Shown here: positions 55,303-64,000 of the stretch, piece by piece
Layout: each line of letters begins with the position of its first letter
How positions within the stretch are numbered: the stretch's first letter is position 1
NCBI GenBank assembly: GCA_012295275.1
Contig: CM022670.1
Span: forward strand, 17,236,001-17,300,000
Direction: 5' to 3'
DNA from: Chrysomallon squamiferum
Taxonomy: Eukaryota > Animalia > Mollusca
Length of the DNA: 64,000 nt
Translations under genes and position numbers: made by a program
The notes under the pieces: model-generated
What the model was told of the DNA's origin: nothing
Database searches by the model: none
The model's input: only the letters and a program-made list of their open reading frames with translations

Positions 55303-55675
55303 ATGATAATTCCTAAAGCTAAAAGATACAGTTTAAGCTGAAGGTGAATAAAGACATGTTGCAGTGAATTTCAGTAATGTGGTTGTAACAAAATGTCATT
55401 GTCTTTTTTACAAGAAGTGTTCTAGTTGTATATTTAAAAATTAAAAATAACAACCATATTGATCATGACTGAATGAGATTTGAAAGAGACAGCTTGTTAT
55501 GTTTAACTGTGTTACTCATAAAACAATAAAAACTGAATCTTTCATATACACAAGACAGGAAACCTCACACCACAGCCTTTAGTAAACCTGTTATTGTGAA
55601 CTGGTTGGATTGGGGAAAAAGATCAACAGGATGAGCTGGGATATGACTGGTCAGTACTCCTGTTAGTCTACATTA

Positions 55676-55890
55676 CAGTGGTTCTTAACTATTTACTTTT
55701 CATCACCCCATTTCAATAACTTCTACATTTGAAAATCATAGGTTAAATTTTATACTATTTTAGAAATATGATGAATTATCTGGTGAAGTTATAAATATTA
55801 ATGTGATATAAATATACAGACTTTAATGTTGTTCTGCGTTCTCATATTGCTGCAAGAATGTTTTTCTTCCACCTATGTTGAAAATCACTG
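55676..55890. mobile_element. Decayed hAT-type MITE (~215 bp)
   Basis: Left end CAGTGGTTCTTAAC and right end GTTGAAAATCACTG form an imperfect TIR pair of the Charlie/MER5 type. The TSD is not preserved. Confidence 0.45.
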
Positions 55891-56519
55891 GCCTCCAGCC
55901 TTTCAAATTACTGACACATTTACTATTTTTACTTAATAATGTGACAACAAAATTTATGTTGAAATTGATTATCAACTTTAGAATTTATATTACATATCCA
56001 CAAAAATGAGAGCCTGAAAAAAACATATTTGAAATATAAACATGAAGTAGAAAATTTACAACAAAAAAAAAAACCTTTGACTTTGTAATAAAACTTTCAG
56101 ATGATCAGAACATTTATACAAGTGTGGGATTGTGCCCTGTCACAAAGCTAATTTTCTTTATTTACTTTTTTCAACCCAGTCAGCGTTTTCTCCAGTGTGT
56201 TATAAAGCAGATTTATCAAAAGCCATCCATGAAAACAGATACTCCACAGATGCAAACAGATTATTATATAATTGGTTTAGCTGGAGAAAATTCTGCCATG
56301 ATGGTCATTTCCCATTAGTAAATGAAACACAATAACAGAATTTTGTATAAAAAAGGGGTTTTCCTTATTAAAAAGAAGAAATATACTAGTATTTGAATCG
56401 TAAACATTTTAAAAATTTGAGTTAATTTATTTTTGGAAGATTCTGTTTTGACCAGACATTACATTCTGTGAAATATTCACAGACACATACTGACATTTAA
56501 AAGGTATGGATTACACAAC

Positions 56520-56820
56520 ATGTATACATGTGCATCAACACACACACACAAACTCAGACATATAAAAAGCACACAACATATATAAAACATACATTAAAAT
56601 ACACAGCACACACATCACATACAAATGCACAAAAACACATATACACACACAAACTCAAAGCCCATTCAAAACAAAACAACATACAACTTACTCAGATACA
56701 ACACACATAAACACAAAACAGACATACAACACAAAGTACACAAGCATAACAGACAAAAACTAACACATACACACACAAACACAACATACATACATACATA
56801 CAACACATAAACACACCCAC
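56520..56820. repeat. CA-rich low-complexity tract
   Basis: Read directly from the sequence. Confidence 0.85.
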
Positions 56821-57799
56821 ATCAGTAACCTGTCTACAGAGGAAAAACAAACTGTTTCATGCAAACAATACCTAAATCATACAATAGCTGTGTGATACTG
56901 TTTTTAATGAGACATCTAGAACACATTAATTTTCAGCTGTTTTATCATCTGATACGCAGGAAACCGGCTCCATTACCAGCAACGTTTATTTCATATTTGT
57001 CTTCTTACAGGCAGGAGGAGGACTGGAACAGGACCCAGGGGCACAGGCTGCAACAAGACACAGCTCAGGAGATTCATTTAGAAAAATTAAGTCTTACATC
57101 CCACTGTTGACCGTAATAATAATAGTAATAAAAATAACAGTAATAATAATAATAGCAATGGTAATAACAATAGAATTAACAATAATAATGATAATGATAA
57201 TAATAATTGTAATAACAACTACAACAACAACCACCACCACAATACTATTGTTGTATTAATCATAATAATTTTCTTTCAACTAATTTTTCCACTACAGAAA
57301 AAAATGTTGTTTTTTTTTTTTTGTATATATTTTTTCATTTGTTAATACATATGGTTGTTTCCATTATTTTTTTTATTATTATTTATTTATTTATTTTTTT
57401 TTTTTTTTATTATAAGGTGCATATATATATTAGTTTCATATGTACTAAAATTAATATATTAAAATGGAAATGGATTGTTAATAAAAAAATCATTTTCAAA
57501 ATTTCTATGGCAGTTCTTAAATCTGTATCATTAAATAAAGAATAAAAATACACAAGTATTTTTATTGTCAGTGATTGATGATAATTTCAAAAAAAATCTT
57601 GGGGGTCCATATTACAACTAGGATTATTAAATTTAATCTGCAACGATACTGATCATACTCCTTTCATAAATCTGAAATGAATTATAATTGTAAATATACT
57701 ACGGTACATGATCAGAATTCTAAGTTATTATAGTTAGAAATAAATTACCTCTACCCTCCCATATATTTCTTACATTCTACATTTATATTTATTATATTA

Positions 57800-58634
57800 A
57801 CTCTTTCACCGATAATATTTCGCTTTGCCAGAACCCCGTACACGTGTAGAACCATCTGCCATTTTGTTTTTTTCTTAACCCTGTACACACGAGACGAACA
57901 CGAGAGGAGGAATTTGCCCACAGAACATTCTCTAAACGTAATGTTGCGTGTCTAATTGGGCAAATAGGAGGCAGTTCACGGCTTGTTGGGAAAAGCCAAA
58001 CAATCTGTCATTTAATGTTTCTCAAAACTTCGGTGTCGTCTCTGCTTCTTGAAGTATTCCAGGAATAAAATTAGCGAAACATAAATCCTATGTGACATAT
58101 TTTTACGCTTTGTTGTAATAAAAATGTACAACTATTACTATTACGTCTGCTACTACTGCTGCTGTTACTATTACTACGTCTGTTACTACAGTTTCTACTA
58201 TAACAACTACTACTATTACTATTACGTCTGCTGCCGCTGCTGCTATTACTATTACTACGTCTGTTACTACAGTTTCTACTATAACAACTACTACTATTAC
58301 TAGTAGTTCTGCTATTGCTATTTCAACTACTATTACTACCACTACTATTATTACTTCCACTACTGCTCTACCACTACTACTATTACTATTATTATTACTA
58401 CCACTACTACAACTACTACTTCTATGACTGCTACTACTACTACTATCACTACTATTACTACTATAATAGTATAACTAGTATAAGTATTAGTAATAATAAT
58501 AATTTTAGAAGAAGACGCAGGTATGCAGTTAATTTATAACAGTTGATGAAAATTTCACAGTTTTAATTTCATTGCTTATCTGATGGACAAAACAATACCA
58601 AAGGATGAATGGACGGACATACATAACTAAAAAC

Positions 58635-58671
<37 letters not shown>

Positions 58672-59212
58672 GCGTGGTTTAAGTAACACCTCACTTTAAT
58701 TTCATAGATAACTGCAGATTCTGATGATGCCATCGTCTGAAAGAAAGGTCAGACAATTTTTCATCGTGCTGAACCCCAAGTTGATTACAGTTGTGCAAAA
58801 GTGTTGAAGGTGAAGAGGAAGGGTGGCCATAAAGGGGAAAACGGCCATAACGGTGTCGGGTTGAGATTCTTGTTAATACTTCAAGTCTTGTAATGACAGT
58901 TCCAGAGATAACTGATGGCTGTCCACAACTCATAGAACAAGTGTTTATTGACCAACATGGCTTCTTGGAATTTCTTCAAGTAGTCGGCTCACAAAGACAC
59001 CCCAAGTCCGATGTGGAGTTTCTCCGATAATTTAGGTGTGATGAGAAGAAAAAGGAAAGAAAAAAAAAAACATTGTTGGTTGTTTTGACAGTCGATCCGT
59101 AATTTAAGACATATATATGTATGTGAATATGTCCAGTCAAATATGTGTTTGAATAATTTAGAAATATTATATTTGCCACAGTATCATACAACGATTTATT
59201 TATTTATTTATT

Positions 59213-59277
<65 letters not shown>

Positions 59278-59620
59278 CGCTATTATAATTGATATTTTTC
59301 ATTTATTGCATGTTATTATTATTATTATTATTTTTTTTTTTTTTTTTTAGATTTATATATATTATTAAAATAACCATAATTAAAAACAAATACGCAAAAA
59401 TTTAAAAACATTTATATAGCGACTAATTGGAAAATCAAAGTTAAAGCTCCATTAAAGGACATGTGGTGTGGGTTGGAAAAAACCCAGATACCGTTATGCT
59501 TTTGCTTGGAGCACTTTCGATACAATCATAGACTGATTCCCACCAGTTTAACTAGGCCTGGGTAAACGCAGTGATATTCTATCTGTGAAAACATGGCGAC
59601 TGTTTGTTTTCTTATTACCG
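57800..59620. promoter_or_regulatory. CpG-retaining region, candidate promoter/regulatory island
   Basis: CpG-rich blocks at 57800-58080 and 58700-59100. YY1-like GCCATTTTG (57858) and AACATGGCG (59589), and E-box CACGTG (57841). Confidence 0.35.
58130..58500. repeat. (ACT/ATT/GCT)n trinucleotide tract with an internal ~80-bp duplication
   Basis: TACTATTACTACGTCTGTTACTACAGTTTCTACTATAACAACTACT occurs twice. Confidence 0.88.
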
Positions 59621-59669
59621 CTAACATCTGTTAGGTTTAAATATACACTCACTTAATTAAGTTGTTAAC

Positions 59670-60690
59670 AGACATAACTAGCTGAAAATTGTTCTACTAT
59701 GTTTTTATACAGATATAACTAGCTCACGACTGTTATATTATGTTGTTATATAACTAGCTTGAAATAGTTATGTTTTTATACAATGTAAACATGGAAATTG
59801 TTATATTAGGTTTTTAAACAGTATAGCTCACGACAATTATATTACGTTTTATATACAGATATAACTAGCTCACGATTATTATATTTTTTATGCAGTATAA
59901 CTAGGCTGCAATTGTTATGTTACGTTTATATAGATATAACTCATGATTGATATATTACATTTTTATACAGTTTAACTAGCTTATGATTGTTATATGACGA
60001 CTTTATACAGTATAACTAGATCGCGATTGTTGCATGATTGATAACTAGCTGACGATTTTTACACGACTATTTTATATAGTATAACTAGCTGACGATTGTT
60101 ATATGACGATTTTATACAGTATAACTAGCTTATGATTGTTATATGACGACTTTATACAGTATAACTAGATCGCGATTGTTGCATCGCGTTTTTATGTAGT
60201 ATAACTAGCTGACGATTGTTATATGACGATTTTATACAGTATAACTAGCTCGCGATTGTTATATTACGTTTTATACTGTATAACTAGCTCACGATTGTTA
60301 CATGACGATTTTATACAGTATAACTAGCTCACGATTTTTACACGACTATTTTATATAGTATAACTAGCTCACTATTGTTACATGACGATTTTATACAGTA
60401 TAACTAGCTCACGATTGTTATATTACGTTTTATACAGTATAACTAGCTCACGATTGTTATATTGACGATTTTATACAGTATAACTAGCTCACGATTGTTA
60501 TATTACGTTTTATACAGTATAACTAGCTCACGATTGTTATATTACGTTCTTATACAGTATAACTAGCTCACGATTGTTATATGACGATTTTATACAGTAT
60601 AACTAGCTCACGATTGTTATATTACGTTCTTATACAGTATAACTAGCTCTGGTTTGTTATATTACATGTTTATATAGTACAATTAGCTCA
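59670..60690. repeat. 40-bp minisatellite, ~25 copies, degenerate on the left and homogeneous on the right
   Basis: TATACAGTATAACTAGCTCACGATTGTTATAT(T/G)ACG(T/A)TTT at 60511, 60551 and 60591. Confidence 0.95.
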
Positions 60691-61284
60691 CATACTGTTA
60701 TTAACAAATATTACTTAAAAAGATCTTTGTTTTCAGAAAAGAAAATTGGAAATTACAATATGTGAACACAAGCAGTTCTTTTAATCAAAAAGAAAATTTT
60801 GCTAGAATATTGATAATTTTACAGTAACATGACAAAAACATCAACTATGTTCAAGTGTTAAATTTAACTAACAATTAACTCTAAGTTATAAGAGTATCAT
60901 ACTGTGGTATGGATTTTATTATTATTATTATTATTATTAAAATTATCATTAGCATCATCATCTTGTGAACTGATCAGAAAATTGTCGTAACCTGATACTT
61001 AGAAATACAATAAAATCAGGCACGTTCTGACTGAACCTACTTGACTTGAAATTGTCAGCCAGTCATAACATATCATTAACTACAATTTGCCAGACAATTT
61101 ACAATCAGACAGAGTCAGTTTGTTGTTCTCGAAACAATCACATCTGATGTACACAGGAGAAAACCTGTGTCAGCCTTGTGCAATAATTATACCAGCCAGA
61201 CTGAAGATTACTGCATAAGCTGACACCGAGAAAATGATTTACATCAACTACTCAGTTTTGTCTAAACTTTATTTACAGTATTTT

Positions 61285-61520
61285 AATAATTACAAATAAC
61301 TATAAATATTGACCATATTTACAGTTTCATATGTGTTTCAATAATTACAAATAACTGTAAATATTGACCTTATTTACAGTTTCATATGTGTTTCAATAAT
61401 TACAAATAACTGTATATAGACCTTATTTATAGTTTCATATATATGTGTTTTAATAATTACACATAAGTGTATATATACTGACATTATTTACAGCTTTATG
61501 TATATGTTTTAGTAATCACA
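61285..61520. repeat. 55-bp tandem repeat, ~4 copies
   Basis: AATAATTACAAATAAC recurs at 61285, 61340 and 61395. Confidence 0.9.
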
Positions 61521-62089
61521 AAAAACCCTCAAATAACTATGTAATATATAGATACTGAGAAAATGATTTACAACACAAACTCTAAACCTTGTTTACAGTT
61601 TATTACATTTGTTTTAATAATTGCATGTAAACAGACATAAACATTCATGCTGTGCTGATGTTACATTCACTTTTATTTCCAGAATCTCTGATTTGTGTTT
61701 ATTGTTCTCTGTTATTGCTGCTGCTTTCGTATTTTCATCATTTTGTCAATTACTATTCAGACTGATATATATATATATAGGAAGAGAAAACTGGAATAAT
61801 TTATCACTGAAATCCTGAGTTTACTTTTGGGAAATATCATTGTAAATGTTAACAGAGTAACTGGAGAATTTCATATTAAAACTAGCAAACAGCTCTGTCA
61901 TAAATCTGTTTAGTAATCTCTGTTCATTTAAACATCAACTCATTGCTTAACATTTAATAAGAAATATTTGGAAATATATGGAGACCTCTCTGTGTTTTGG
62001 ATATTAACAGATATTAAGTATATAATTTATGAAGATAAATAGTCAAAGACTGATGTTGTCACCATTGTTACTGGTTGGTTCCTAGTTCA

Positions 62090-62350
62090 TAAATGTAATA
62101 ATAATAATAATAATAGTGGTAGTAGTGGCAGTAGTAGTAGTAGCAGTAACAGTGGTAATAGTAATAATAATTGTAATAACAAAAATAGTAATATAATAAC
62201 AAGGAACAATATCAACAATAACAATAAAATAATAGTAAAAACTAGTAATAATATAATGGTAAAAAATAATAACAACAAAAAAAAATAATAATATAATAGC
62301 AAAAAAAAAAAAACAATAGTAATAACAATAATAACAATTTAACAATAACA
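62090..62350. repeat. (AAT/AGT/AAC)n trinucleotide tract
   Basis: Read directly from the sequence. Confidence 0.85.
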
Positions 62351-63843
62351 TATTAATGGAAATACTTAGAAATGGAAAGAGTTCAGTTGGTCCATTTTGA
62401 AGCATTGATCCCTTGACCATCATCTCAAACAAATATTTAGTTGCTTTTTAACCAAACACTCTTTTCTTATATTACACTTTAAATGGTATGTGTGAAAAAC
62501 GTGATTTAGTATTATATTACAAATACCAGTAATGTTCTGAGCTAAACACTGTTTGTGAGAATATCAAAGTTTAAGCTAACATGACTATAAAGTGCAAGTT
62601 AACAGACAACAGTTGTGTGGATAAAACAGCTGTACTCAGACTGTGTTAGCTTCATTACTTCTTTCTGTCTAATGACTCAAAACACAAATACCTTTTCAGT
62701 CTCTTCATGTGTATGTGTGTGTGTGTTTAGTAATTATTTCTGTTCTTACAAAAGGTTTTATATCTATATATTTTTTTGACACACAGTTTCCATCTATCAG
62801 TCTATCCATTATATCTATCTATCTATTGATTTATCTGTCTGTATCTATATACATACATTTATATTTATCTTCTATATCAATCAATATATATATATATATC
62901 AGTTTTGGGTAATTTCTTTGATGAGGTTACAATGGCTGAAAATGTAATAATAAAAATGTATATATTTTAATCTGTTTGTCTGTCTGTCTGCGTGTTTTGA
63001 ATTAACAGATTGCTCTGCATACACAATGAAGTAGTCAAAACATTTATCAGACACAAAAAGCTGACAATGCTGTGTATTTACAAAACACAGTGAAATAGAT
63101 AAATCAGTCAAAAACAAAGGACGAAAAAGAAAAAGAATCTGATTGTGCAATAATGTTTGACAACATTAAACAGATATAACAAACTTTCAAAAACAATTTT
63201 ATCATTTGGAAAATGCACCTCATCTCAATGAATATTATTATTTTCATTTGTTCTTGTGAATAAAAATACAGAGAAAATAATTTTAAGTAAAAAAGTATCT
63301 ATATAAACATCTGTTTTAATTTTTTAACTTATTTATGGTTTGTTATGTAATAGCCCTTACTTACGGAAACACTTTCATTAGAAAATCTAAATTACATCTA
63401 ATTAATTAAGAAGCAAAAAATATTAAAACAACAGTTCTCTTTTAAAGTATTCCATTACCTACTATGTTAGAATTTGACAATACAAATACATCTGAAACAG
63501 ATTTATTTTTCTTCTTCTTCTTCTTGATCTTGTAAGAATTTGTTTTGTTGAATTTTGAACGCAGAAATAATTGTTTGACTGGGAAATATTGATCAGCAGA
63601 CAATAACTGATTTCAGTGCAAATGGAACAGTCGCATTATGAGGCAATTTATTTTCCAAGATGGCAGTTGAAACTGCCACCAACTTAACTGACAAGAAAAT
63701 CACTTGTCATTATTCAAGTGAGAGCAGACATCTGTAGAAAAATAACATCACAGGTCACTTCTATCAGGGTCTGATCATTTAAACAAATTAAACTTCCAAC
63801 ATGTACACATTTTTACACTAACCATAATGAAAGAATGTCATTA

Positions 63844-63972
63844 AAATATTTCACTATGTCTTGAATATTTATTTTATGAATATAATTTGAAATTACTCTA
63901 AATTATGTTGATAAATATTTCACTATATGTCTTGAATATTTTTTTTATGAATATAATTTGAAATTGCTCTAA
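63844..63972. repeat. ~70-bp tandem duplication
   Basis: AAATATTTCACTAT..GTCTTGAATATTT..TATGAATATAATTTGAAATT(A/G)CTCTAA occurs twice. Confidence 0.85.
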
Positions 63973-64000
63973 CCAGAATAAAATTATGTCAGTAAATAGT

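Noticed and set aside
58691-59040. GC-richer block that looked like a coding exon
   Set aside because: The frames I translated hit stops or lack compatible splice sites, and no domain is recognisable. I kept it only as a regulatory/UTR candidate.
5804-63150. The many 60-135 aa ORFs in the track
   Set aside because: They are low-complexity translations of microsatellites or AT-rich DNA, many with non-ATG starts, and none resembles a protein family.

Overview
AT-rich, microsatellite-rich animal genomic DNA. The protein style suggests a mollusc or other lophotrochozoan (inference). The only protein-coding gene I can support is a minus-strand protocadherin with 7 cadherin repeats. One giant exon (ATG at 4637, donor GTAAGT at 1929) encodes the signal peptide, ectodomain, TM helix and proximal cytoplasmic tail. 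That exon has a 1-nt frameshift in a T5 run (2115-2119), which separates the ectodomain/TM from PP1-docking (KEVSF) and WIRS-like (FTTF) motifs. A 93-nt in-phase exon (505-413), missed by the ORF track, continues the tail off the left edge. The remaining ~59 kb is non-coding. It holds a probable promoter and first non-coding exon near 40.4-40.6 kb (implying a ~35 kb 5' intron), further CpG-retaining patches, several minisatellites (22, 40, 43, 55 and 85 bp units), MITE/LINE relics and simple repeats. I recognised no rRNA, tRNA, CRISPR array or intact transposon. I cannot demonstrate a new biological system. The best leads are the frameshift, the motif-amplifying minisatellites and a possible multi-promoter 5' architecture.
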